A stretch of 18,665 nucleotides of DNA, taken from NCBI GenBank assembly GCA_046758705.1, contig JBHIAT010000062.1, positions 1 to 18,665 on the forward strand, in the 5' to 3' direction. Source of the DNA: Candidatus Bipolaricaulia bacterium (lineage in GTDB: Bacteria; Bipolaricaulota; Bipolaricaulia; JBHIAT01). The notes beneath the pieces were generated by a model. The model saw only the letters and a program-made list of their open reading frames with translations. It did no database searches and was not told the origin of the DNA. Numbering within the stretch: the stretch's first letter is position 1; each line of letters starts with the position of its first letter. This document shows, piece by piece, positions 1-8,250 of the stretch. The position numbers and the translations under genes were made by a program.

Positions 1-24
1 TTCGCGCTCTGGCTCGACAATGAA

Positions 25-843
25 TTACCGAGGATTCCCGCGCAGTCTCCTAAAATTGGTATAAACTCTATTGATGAGCTCTTCGGTATCGATCTGTCTA
101 AGCTCTGCCAAGGTCCGAGCGACCTGAGCCACATTGGCGGGCTCATTGGCCTCATCCTCCGGCTGCCCGTAGAGCGGCATATAGGGTGAGTCGGTCTCGA
201 TCAGCAGACCATCCAGTGGAACATGGCGAGCGAATTCCCGTAGCGCAGTCTCAGTAGGATAGGTCATCGTCCCGCCGAATGACAGATAAAAACCCATATC
301 GAGAAGCTGGGTTGCTGCTTTATCATCTCCGTCAAAGTTGTGAACCACTCCGCCAACTCTGTGGGCTTTCTCCTGTTTCAGAATAGAAATAAGTGCTGAA
401 TTAGCCCCGCGGCAATGCATGTTCAGCGGCAATCCTAACTCGCAAGCCAGTTGGACCTGCTTCTGGAAGGCTTGCTCCTGCGCGTTGCGCAGATCTTCAT
501 TATCATGATAAGTCACACCGGTAGCGACATTATCTACGAAATCCAGCCCCACTTCGCCGATGGCCACGGTGACATCCTCACCGGCGAGACTCGAGAGCTT
601 CTCACGAAAATCATATGGAAAATTCTCCGCTGCGACCCAGGGGTGAACACCCACCGAGGCCAAAACTCGCTCATGCGTGGCAGCTATTTCAACCGTGTTC
701 GCCGATGACTGCAAATCCATGCCCACCGTGAGGATCCATCGAACGCTTGCTTCATCAGCACGTCTGAGGACCTGTTCCATCTCGTCAGCTGCGTATTGGT
801 CCAGGTGGGTGTGTACATCGGTGAGCTTGTCTTCCTGACGCAT
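25..843 (-). CDS. tatD: TatD-family metallo-hydrolase (amidohydrolase TIM barrel)
   Basis: Motifs DVHTHLD (HxH), GVHPW, IGEVGLDF, MHCR, VVHNF, IETDSPY, NEPANV. SD-like GAGGAGGT upstream; 32 bp after the GRE stop. Confidence 0.9.
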   Translation of the reverse strand: MRQEDKLTDVHTHLDQYAADEMEQVLRRADEASVRWILTVGMDLQSSANTVEIAATHERVLASVGVHPWVAAENFPYDFREKLSSLAGEDVTVAIGEVGLDFVDNVATGVTYHDNEDLRNAQEQAFQKQVQLACELGLPLNMHCRGANSALISILKQEKAHRVGGVVHNFDGDDKAATQLLDMGFYLSFGGTMTYPTETALREFARHVPLDGLLIETDSPYMPLYGQPEDEANEPANVAQVARTLAELRQIDTEELINRVYTNFRRLRGNPR

Positions 844-875
844 CCCTTTGCCTCACCTCCTCTCAGCAAACCCGT

Positions 876-3245
876 TCAGAACGACTGATGTTCCGTGCGG
901 GCGATGATCTCGTCCTGCAACGCTTCGCTGAGATCACAGAAGTAGTCGCTGTAGCCGGCCACGCGCACGATCAGGTCGCGGTATTGTTCCGGGTGCTGTT
1001 TGGCGGCGCGCAGCGTGTCCGCGTCCACGACGTTGAACTGGATGTGGTGACCGTCCAGCTTGAAATAGGTGCGTACCAGTTGAGCCAACTTATCCAGGCC
1101 GTCGTCTGCGAGCAGCTGGGGCGTGAACTTCTGGTTGAGCAGCGTCCCGCCGGTGCGCACGTGGTCCATCTTGGCCAGTGATCTGATCACGGCTGTCGGG
1201 CCACGTCGGTCGGCACCTTGCACGGGTGAAACGCCTTCCGAGAGGGGGACGCCGGCCTTTCGCCCGTCGGGTGTCGCGCCGATCACCGATCCAAAGTACA
1301 CGTGAACCGTGGTCGGCAGCAGGTTGATGTGATAGGTGCCGCCCTTGGTGTTCGGACGGCCATCAATCGCCTCGAAATAGGCTTCGAACACGGCTTGCAT
1401 CACATGGTCAGCATAATCATCGTCGTTGCCGTATTTGGGGGTTTTGTTCAACAGCCTCTGATGCATTCTCTCGTGACCTTCAAAGTTGTCTCGGAGAGCG
1501 GTTAGCAGGGCATCCATCGTCAACGTTCTTTGGTCAAAAACGTGATATTTTAGGGCGGTCAGGGCATCGGCCATTGTGCCCAGACCCACGCCTTGGATGT
1601 AGGTCGTGTTGTAGCGGGCGCCGCCGTCGTGATAGTCCTTGCCGGTGGCAATGCAATCGTCGATCAGTAACGACAGGAACGGCGCAGGCATATGTTGGGC
1701 ATACAGCCTTTCGATGAGGTTGTTGCCCCGTACCTTGATATCTACAAAATAGTTGAGTTGCTTTTCATAAGCCTCGAACAACTCCGCAAACGTCTCAAAC
1801 TTCGTGGGGTCTCCCGTTTCGAGGCCGATTCTCTGGCTCGTTTGGGGGTCAATGCCGTTGTTCAAGGTGATCTTCAACACCTTGGGCATGTTAAAGTAGC
1901 CCGTCAGGTTGTAATTCTCCTTCCCAAAGGCGCCCACTTCTACGCAGCCGCTGGAGCCGCCGTTCCGCGCGTCGGCCACCGATTTGCCTTGTCGAACCAG
2001 TTCCTGGACAATCAGGTCGCTGTTAAAGACGGAAGGCTGTCCAAAGCCCGTGCGAATGATGCGGGCAGCCCGTTTGATGAACCTATCGGGGTTCTTTTTG
2101 CTGACCTGGATGGACGAACTAGGCTGCAACAGCCGCATCTCCTCGATCACATCCAAAAGCAGATACGTGACCTCGTTGACGGCGTCGGAACCGTCTTCCT
2201 TCAAACCGCCCGTGTTAATCTGGGCAAAATCGGTATAGGTGCCGCTCTCTTGCGCGGTGACCCCCACTTTGGGCGGGGCGGGCTGGTTGTTGAATTTGAT
2301 CCAGAAGCATTGCAGCAACTCTTCGGCTTGCTCGCGGGTGAGCGTCCCCTGTTCCAGGCCCTGTTTGTAAAACGGATACAGATGCTGATCCAGACGGCCC
2401 GGGTTGAAGGCGTCCCAGGTATTCAGTTCCGTGGTCACGCCCAGGTGGACGAACCAGTAGTACTGCAAGGCTTCCCAAAAGTTCCTCGGTGGGTGGGCCG
2501 GCACGTGCAAACAAACCTCGGCGATCTGTTCCAATTCCTGTTTTCTCTGGGGATCTGTCTCTTGGTTTGCTAACTCGCGCGCTTTTTCGGCGTGGCGTTC
2601 CGCAAAGCGGATCAAAGCGTCGGCACAGATGAGCATCGCTTTGAGCTCCTCTTGCTTGTTGTAGGCGTTTGCATCGTTGAAGTAATCCAGGTTTTGCAGG
2701 CTTGTCTGAACCTCGCGCTTGAAATGGACGAAGCCTTTGTGGTAGATCTTGTCATCCAGGACGGTGTGGCCTGGGGCGCGTTGCTCCATAAATTCGGTAA
2801 AGATGCCGGCCTCATACGCCGCTTTCCACTCGTCCGTCATTTCTCTGAAGATAAGATCGCGCATCGATTTGCCCTGCCAGAAGGGAATGATGGTCTCCTG
2901 ATAGACCTGGCGGGCCTGCGGACTGACGACAAACGGGATCTTGGGCCGGGAATTCAGAATGTCCAGATCTTCCAGGCTATGGCAACAGAGCTCCGGGTAG
3001 GTGGGCGTTGCTTTGGGGGCCGGGCCTTTTTCGCCGACGATCAGTTCGCCTTCGTTGATACAGATCGGCTTATGCTCCATCAGGTACTGGAAAGCCAGGG
3101 CGCGGCGCACGGGCGCGGACACCGGTCCCAGATCCTGGCGGTAGAATTCGGTGAGCAGTTCGGCCCTCTCGGTCGAGATGGTGGGGATGGCATCCAGGCT
3201 TTGTTGTCTCAGACAAGCGACTCTTTCACTCACCTTCATGGACAT
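876..3245 (-). CDS. hypD: Glycyl radical enzyme, trans-4-hydroxy-L-proline dehydratase (HypD) type, 789 aa
   Basis: Gly loop RVAGYS and Cys loop SGCVE. HypD-characteristic segments FTEFMEQRAPGHTV, WDAF.PGRLDQHL, KFNNQPAPPKVG, ES.TYTDF, LTGY and LPTT match my recollection of C. difficile HypD. Start moved to ATG 3245, which has AAGGAGG 8 nt upstream; the ORF-track start at 3278 overlaps the activase. Confidence 0.88.
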   Translation of the reverse strand: MSMKVSERVACLRQQSLDAIPTISTERAELLTEFYRQDLGPVSAPVRRALAFQYLMEHKPICINEGELIVGEKGPAPKATPTYPELCCHSLEDLDILNSRPKIPFVVSPQARQVYQETIIPFWQGKSMRDLIFREMTDEWKAAYEAGIFTEFMEQRAPGHTVLDDKIYHKGFVHFKREVQTSLQNLDYFNDANAYNKQEELKAMLICADALIRFAERHAEKARELANQETDPQRKQELEQIAEVCLHVPAHPPRNFWEALQYYWFVHLGVTTELNTWDAFNPGRLDQHLYPFYKQGLEQGTLTREQAEELLQCFWIKFNNQPAPPKVGVTAQESGTYTDFAQINTGGLKEDGSDAVNEVTYLLLDVIEEMRLLQPSSSIQVSKKNPDRFIKRAARIIRTGFGQPSVFNSDLIVQELVRQGKSVADARNGGSSGCVEVGAFGKENYNLTGYFNMPKVLKITLNNGIDPQTSQRIGLETGDPTKFETFAELFEAYEKQLNYFVDIKVRGNNLIERLYAQHMPAPFLSLLIDDCIATGKDYHDGGARYNTTYIQGVGLGTMADALTALKYHVFDQRTLTMDALLTALRDNFEGHERMHQRLLNKTPKYGNDDDYADHVMQAVFEAYFEAIDGRPNTKGGTYHINLLPTTVHVYFGSVIGATPDGRKAGVPLSEGVSPVQGADRRGPTAVIRSLAKMDHVRTGGTLLNQKFTPQLLADDGLDKLAQLVRTYFKLDGHHIQFNVVDADTLRAAKQHPEQYRDLIVRVAGYSDYFCDLSEALQDEIIARTEHQSF

Positions 3246-3249
3246 AGAT

Positions 3250-4149
3250 TCAGCCTCCTTTCTTGACTGGCAAGCCAAGTCCTTGCAGAATTGCCGCGAT
3301 CTCGGCCATGCGTTCGTCTGAGGGTGGGTGGGTGTCAGCCAGCTTGTAGGTCTTGTTTAACCGATGGTACTTGTCCACGGCGGTGTGGTGATAAGGCAGA
3401 AGGTCCACCCGATCCAGACGGGGCAACGCGGTCGCAAACGCGCCGATTTGACGTACGTTCTCATCATCGTCATTGATCCCTGGGATGATAGGCACCCGCA
3501 GGACGATGTTGTGTCCTCGCGTCGCAAGCGCCCGTAAATTGTGCAAGATCAGCTCGTTGGATACACCGGTGAATTTGCGGTGCTTGACCTCATCCATCAA
3601 CTTGAGGTCGTAAAGAAACAGGTCTACGTATTCCCGGATGCTGTCCAAAGTTTTCCACGTTGCAAACCCGCAGGTGTCCACGGCGGTGTGAATTTCTTTC
3701 TCTTTGCAGGTCTGCAGGAGGGCAAGCAAAAAGTCTCGCTGTACAAGGGGTTCTCCACCAGAAAAGGTCACGCCGCCGCCGGATTCGTCGTAAAACGGGA
3801 TGTCGCGCTCAATCTCGACCATCACCTGGGCCACCGTCATCTCCCGACCCACGATCTCGCGCGCTTCGGCGTAGCAGGTCTCGGCGCAAGCGCCGCAAAG
3901 CGTGCATTTTTCTCTATCGGTGGATACAACATCGCCATCCATAGAGATCGCCCCCGGGGGGCAGACGGCCAGGCAAGCTCCACACCGGATGCAGCGGTTC
4001 TCACGGAACATCATTTCCAGTTCCAGGACCTGGCTTTCCGGATTGTGACACCACCAACAGCTTAAAGGGCATCCTTTGAAGAAGACGGTGGTCCGGATGC
4101 CCGGACCATCATGAATCGCGAACTTTTTGACGTCAAAAATTATCCCCAT
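3250..4149 (-). CDS. Glycyl-radical enzyme activating enzyme (radical SAM with ferredoxin-like insert), cognate HypD activase
   Basis: HDGPGIRTTVFFKGCPLSCWWCHNPES (CxxxCxxC), two CxxCxxCxxxC motifs (CIRCGACLAVC, CTLCGACAETC), GGVTFSGGEP, LLPYH. Stop lies 4 nt before the hypD start. Confidence 0.93.
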   Translation of the reverse strand: MGIIFDVKKFAIHDGPGIRTTVFFKGCPLSCWWCHNPESQVLELEMMFRENRCIRCGACLAVCPPGAISMDGDVVSTDREKCTLCGACAETCYAEAREIVGREMTVAQVMVEIERDIPFYDESGGGVTFSGGEPLVQRDFLLALLQTCKEKEIHTAVDTCGFATWKTLDSIREYVDLFLYDLKLMDEVKHRKFTGVSNELILHNLRALATRGHNIVLRVPIIPGINDDDENVRQIGAFATALPRLDRVDLLPYHHTAVDKYHRLNKTYKLADTHPPSDERMAEIAAILQGLGLPVKKGG

Positions 4150-4225
4150 GTTCTCAGAATATTATCCCCTAATCCATTGTGATGCTACAGTCGTCCGTTG
4201 TCAATCACCACGAAGTCTATGGGGC

Positions 4226-5194
4226 TCAATCGCTGAACAGATGACATCGGACGAAATGGTCGGGTTCGACCTCCATCATCTGGGGATCGACTTGGGTGCA
4301 AATCTCCATCTTCTTGGGGCACCGCAGGTGGAAGCTGCAACCGCTCGGTATATTGATCGAGCTCGGGACCTCTCCTTTGGGCATGATCTGTTCGGGCTTC
4401 AACTGCTCTTCGACCTCGGAGATCACCTGGATCGACGAGATCAACATCCTGGCATAAGGATGGAGAGGTTTTCTAAAGAACTTCTCTGTCGGCGCGATCT
4501 CACAGAGCTTGCCCAGATACATCACCGCGACTCTCGAGGACACGTTTCTGATCAGGCTCAGATCATGGGTGATGAACAGATAGGAGAAGTGAGAATCTTC
4601 CTGCAAGCTTGTCAACAGCTTCATGATCTTCGCCTGAACCGAGACATCCAACGAAGAAGTCGGCTCGTCCAGAACGACGAGGGACGGCTCCGTCGCCAGC
4701 GCCCGTGCGATGGCCACCCGCTGTTTCTGTCCGCCGCTGAGTGCTTGTGGATACTTATACGCGTAATCGGCGGGCAGTTCGACCATGTCGAGCAGCTCGA
4801 TCACCCGCTCCGTCCGATCCCTACGGTTGGAGTCCGAGCCATCGATGCCGTGTACCTTCAGGGGCAACTCCAGACTCTGCTTGATGCTCCGCTTGGGGTT
4901 CAGAGATGACCCCGGGTCTTGAAAGACGATTCGGATCTCCTTCCTTAAAGATTTGGAACGGTTCCTGATCTGGCTGATGTTCCGTCCTTTGAAGACGATC
5001 TCCCCTTCCGTCGGTCGATGCATTCCCGCGATCGTATAGGCGACGGTGCTCTTCCCCGAACCCGATTCGCCCACCAGGCCGAAGGTCTCACCGATCCTGA
5101 CCGAAAAGCTGACGCCATTCACGGCCCTGACGGTTCCCTGGGGGGTATCAAAGTACCTCTTCAGGTCCTTCACCGCCAATATCGCGTCCGTCAA
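4226..5194 (-). CDS. oppF: Oligopeptide/dipeptide ABC transporter ATP-binding protein (OppF/DppF-like)
   Basis: Walker A GESGSGKST, LSGGQKQR, VVLDEP, HPY motif and C-terminal GCSFHLRC..C..CH. Probable TTG start at 5194 overlapping the oppD TGA (TTGA), with GGAGGGAG upstream. Confidence 0.92.
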   Translation of the reverse strand: MTDAILAVKDLKRYFDTPQGTVRAVNGVSFSVRIGETFGLVGESGSGKSTVAYTIAGMHRPTEGEIVFKGRNISQIRNRSKSLRKEIRIVFQDPGSSLNPKRSIKQSLELPLKVHGIDGSDSNRRDRTERVIELLDMVELPADYAYKYPQALSGGQKQRVAIARALATEPSLVVLDEPTSSLDVSVQAKIMKLLTSLQEDSHFSYLFITHDLSLIRNVSSRVAVMYLGKLCEIAPTEKFFRKPLHPYARMLISSIQVISEVEEQLKPEQIMPKGEVPSSINIPSGCSFHLRCPKKMEICTQVDPQMMEVEPDHFVRCHLFSD

Positions 5195-6186
5195 GTTGAC
5201 TCCCTCCGATACAGGAAGCAAGCGACCTCATGGTCACCGTCATCACCCCTGGTGTAGAACGGGGGTTTGTCCTGTTGGCAGATGGGCATCGCATGTTCAC
5301 ACCGAGGATGGAATCGGCAGCCCTGTGGAGGCTGACGATAGTCTGGGATCGTTCCCTGAATCCCGTCGTTCATCTCCTCACCGGTGAGTTTGGGCACGCT
5401 CTCCAACAACCCTTGAGTGTAGGGATGCAGGGGATCGGAGAACAGATTTTCCACCTTTGCCTCCTCTACGATATTCCCGGCGTACATGATGTAGACCCGC
5501 TCGGTAAAGTTCCGGACGACGCCTAGAGAATGGCTGATGAGCAGAATCGAAGTTTTCTTCTTTTCAACCAGTTGATCTAACAACCTGAGTATCTGATATT
5601 GTACGGTCACATCGAGATTGGTCGTCGGTTCGTCGGCCAAAAGCAGTTTCGCACCGACACTGAGGGCTTCGCTGATGCAAATCCGCTGCCTCATCCCTCC
5701 GCTCAACTGTACGGGATAACTGTTTAGAATTCTTTCCGGATCCGGCAGGCCGGTCTCCCCAAGCACAGCGATCGAGCGCGCCCTGATCTCCTTTTTAGAC
5801 AGCCTCTTCCCCTCTGGGCTTCTCGATGAAGATTTGATGACCTCACCGAGTTGATGGCCCACCGTAAAGACCGGGTTCAGGGCGGCCAATGGGTCTTGGA
5901 AGATCGCACTGATCCCCTCCCGTCTCAGCCTTTGTCTGTCATGGGCATCCATCGTCAGGATGTTCTTCCCTTGGAAAAGGATCTCCCCAGAAGCAATTCT
6001 TGCGGTTGAGGGAAGAACTTCCAAGATCGACTTCACCAGGAGAGATTTTCCGCAGCCGGTTTCCCCCACCAAACCGACCTTTTCCCCCGCATCGATGGCC
6101 ATATTCACACCGTTCAACACGTTCAGCTCGCCTTCGAACGTCTTGAGCCAAACGTGTAAGTTTCTGACTTCAAACAACGCGGTCAT
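5191..6186 (-). CDS. oppD: Oligopeptide/dipeptide ABC transporter ATP-binding protein (OppD/DppD-like)
   Basis: GETGCGKS, IFQDP, LSGGMRQR, LADEPTTNLD, PLHPYT, GCRFHPRC. Confidence 0.92.
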   Translation of the reverse strand: MTALFEVRNLHVWLKTFEGELNVLNGVNMAIDAGEKVGLVGETGCGKSLLVKSILEVLPSTARIASGEILFQGKNILTMDAHDRQRLRREGISAIFQDPLAALNPVFTVGHQLGEVIKSSSRSPEGKRLSKKEIRARSIAVLGETGLPDPERILNSYPVQLSGGMRQRICISEALSVGAKLLLADEPTTNLDVTVQYQILRLLDQLVEKKKTSILLISHSLGVVRNFTERVYIMYAGNIVEEAKVENLFSDPLHPYTQGLLESVPKLTGEEMNDGIQGTIPDYRQPPQGCRFHPRCEHAMPICQQDKPPFYTRGDDGDHEVACFLYRREST

Positions 6187-6216
6187 TTGAGGATTGAAAT
6201 GAACTGGGAGATGAGA

Positions 6217-7128
6217 TTAGACCTCCTCAACGGCAAACATATCTCGCAAGCCGTCACCGACCAGATTGAACGCCAACACAATCAACACAATGGCGAGCGC
6301 CGGGAATACGGCGATCCACCAGTCTGCAGGTAATCGGGTGGTTCCATCGGCCACCATCGTTCCCAGACCGGGCTTCGGAGGCTGCACGCCGAGACCGATG
6401 AAGCTCAACGCTGCTCCGACCAATATGGCAAAGCCCATGTCCAACGTCACCTTGGTCAGAATCGGAGCCACACTATTGGGCAGGATCTCCTGAAACAGGA
6501 TGTGAGCTTTGCTGGCGCCGGCGAGCTCGGCTTCACGCACGAACTCTTTATGGCGAAGCGAGGTGGTCATGGAGTAAACGAGCCTGGCGTACCACGGCCA
6601 CCACACCAACGATATCGCCATCATCTCGTTGAACAGATTGCGCTCCAGCATAGCGACGATCGCCAGGGCCAAGATCAACGGCGGCACCGCCAAGAAGATA
6701 TCGGTGATCCGCATAATCACGACTTCCACCCACGTATCCTGATAGTATCCGGCAATCAGGCCCAAGACGACCCCCGGCGGGACGCTGAGCCCCAGCACCA
6801 CCACCGCCAACATCAAAGAGAAGCGATAGCCGAAGATCACGCGGCTAAACACGTCGCGGCCGACGGTGTCGGTGCCAAAGAAGTGCACCGTGCTGGGAGA
6901 GAGGCTCGACTCACGGAAGTTGGTGAACGGCCCGGCATGCTCTGGGTAAGGCGTGATATAGGGAGCGAAGATCGCCACCACCACAATCAACAACAGGACA
7001 ACCAGTCCAAACACCGAGAGAGGGTTCAGGGAGAATCGGTGCCATCCCCTTAACAGACTTACCTTTCTTCTGGACAAAGCAGAGCTCAGCAGCGCTCCTC
7101 TCTCTTCCCTCTCTTCGACCAGGCTCAA
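6217..7128 (-). CDS. oppC: Peptide ABC transporter permease (OppC/DppC-like)
   Basis: HFFGTDTVGRDVFSRVIFG, EAA-type loop (EFVREAELAGAS..ILF.EILPN), FNLVGDGLRD, several TM helices. Start set to TTG 7128 (CAGGAGG upstream, TTGA overlap with the oppB stop); the ORF-track extension to 7296 is probably spurious. Confidence 0.9.
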   Translation of the reverse strand: MSLVEEREERGALLSSALSRRKVSLLRGWHRFSLNPLSVFGLVVLLLIVVVAIFAPYITPYPEHAGPFTNFRESSLSPSTVHFFGTDTVGRDVFSRVIFGYRFSLMLAVVVLGLSVPPGVVLGLIAGYYQDTWVEVVIMRITDIFLAVPPLILALAIVAMLERNLFNEMMAISLVWWPWYARLVYSMTTSLRHKEFVREAELAGASKAHILFQEILPNSVAPILTKVTLDMGFAILVGAALSFIGLGVQPPKPGLGTMVADGTTRLPADWWIAVFPALAIVLIVLAFNLVGDGLRDMFAVEEV

Positions 7129-8162
7129 ACCGCCCTCCTGTGTAGCCGGATCCTGGGGTCGAGAAATGAGATGACAATATCGACAACGAGATTGACGACG
7201 ACGAAGACGACGCCGATCACCAGAACCACGGCGATGATGGCGTTGAGATCTTTGTTCAGCATGGCGGTCACGGCGTAGCTGGAGAATCCGGGCCATCGAA
7301 ACACCAGCTCCACCAGAAACGCGTTGGACATCAGAAAGGCGAAATCCAAGCCCATGACTGCGACGGTGGGGATGAGCGACGGTTTGAGCAGATATTTGAA
7401 CAGAATAGACCGCCTGGGGACTCTGTACACCTTATGGGCCGCTATATAGTCCTTCTGCAGGTTCTCGATGATCGAAGAGCGCGTAATCCGGCTCTCCTGA
7501 GCGATGTGTGCGATGGCCAGGCTCGCCGCCGGCAGAATAATGTGCTTGAGCGCATCCAAAGCGACGATGGGTTTCCCGGCGATCAAACTGTCAAGGATGA
7601 GAAAGCCGGTGACACGAGGGGGTTCTCTCATGAGAAGGCTCATCCTTCCCACAGGAGGGATGAGCTCCAGAACATAACCAAAGATCAACACCATAAAGAC
7701 GGCCACCGCAAACGGCGGCGTGGCCACCCCCACATAAGAGATCAGCCGAGACAACCCGTCGAACCACGAGTTCCTAAAATAGCCCGCCAGCACGCCGATG
7801 AGCTGCCCGATCACCAGCGATATCAGGAAGGAAAACAGAATCAGTTCCACCGTGGCCGGCAGAAACCCCTTCAGATCGTCAACCACCGGTCGCCGAGTAT
7901 ACAGGGATTGTCCCAGATCTCCACGCAGCAGGGATCTGAACCAGGAGAAGTATTGAACAAGAAATGGGTCATCCAGGCGCATCTGTTCCCGAAGCTTTTG
8001 CACCTGGGCGTTCGTCGCCAGAGGTCCTAACGCCACCCGGGCGGGATCCCCCGGCACGGCCCTGGAAAAGGAGAAAATCAAGAAGGAGAGACCCAATAGG
8101 ACAAAGAAGGTTTGCAACAGCCTCGAAACGATATATCGATGGCTTCGGAATCTCCCGCTCAT
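7125..8162 (-). CDS. oppB: Peptide ABC transporter permease (OppB/DppB-like)
   Basis: PGDP, GDLGQS, PATVEL, HIILPA, VELVFRWPG, LDPRIR, hydrophobic TM segments. Confidence 0.92.
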   Translation of the reverse strand: MSGRFRSHRYIVSRLLQTFFVLLGLSFLIFSFSRAVPGDPARVALGPLATNAQVQKLREQMRLDDPFLVQYFSWFRSLLRGDLGQSLYTRRPVVDDLKGFLPATVELILFSFLISLVIGQLIGVLAGYFRNSWFDGLSRLISYVGVATPPFAVAVFMVLIFGYVLELIPPVGRMSLLMREPPRVTGFLILDSLIAGKPIVALDALKHIILPAASLAIAHIAQESRITRSSIIENLQKDYIAAHKVYRVPRRSILFKYLLKPSLIPTVAVMGLDFAFLMSNAFLVELVFRWPGFSSYAVTAMLNKDLNAIIAVVLVIGVVFVVVNLVVDIVISFLDPRIRLHRRAV

Positions 8163-8169
8163 ACCAATG

Positions 8170-8223
8170 AGGAGGGCGAGAGGCCGAGACCAACCGATCG
8201 GCCCGACCTGCCCTCGCCCTCCT
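8170..8223 (-). other. Intercistronic stem-loop between oppA and oppB (mRNA stabiliser or attenuating hairpin)
   Basis: Perfect 11-bp inverted repeat AGGAGGGCGAG (8170-8180) / CTCGCCCTCCT (8213-8223), plus an inner stem that pairs through G-U on the minus-strand mRNA. No U-tract. Confidence 0.6.
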
Positions 8224-8250
8224 TACCTCACTTATCGCGCATCGCGTTAC

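Noticed and set aside
876-3245. Calling the GRE pyruvate formate-lyase or choline TMA-lyase
   Set aside because: It has a single-Cys SGCVE loop rather than the PFL CC pair, and its segments match HypD throughout.
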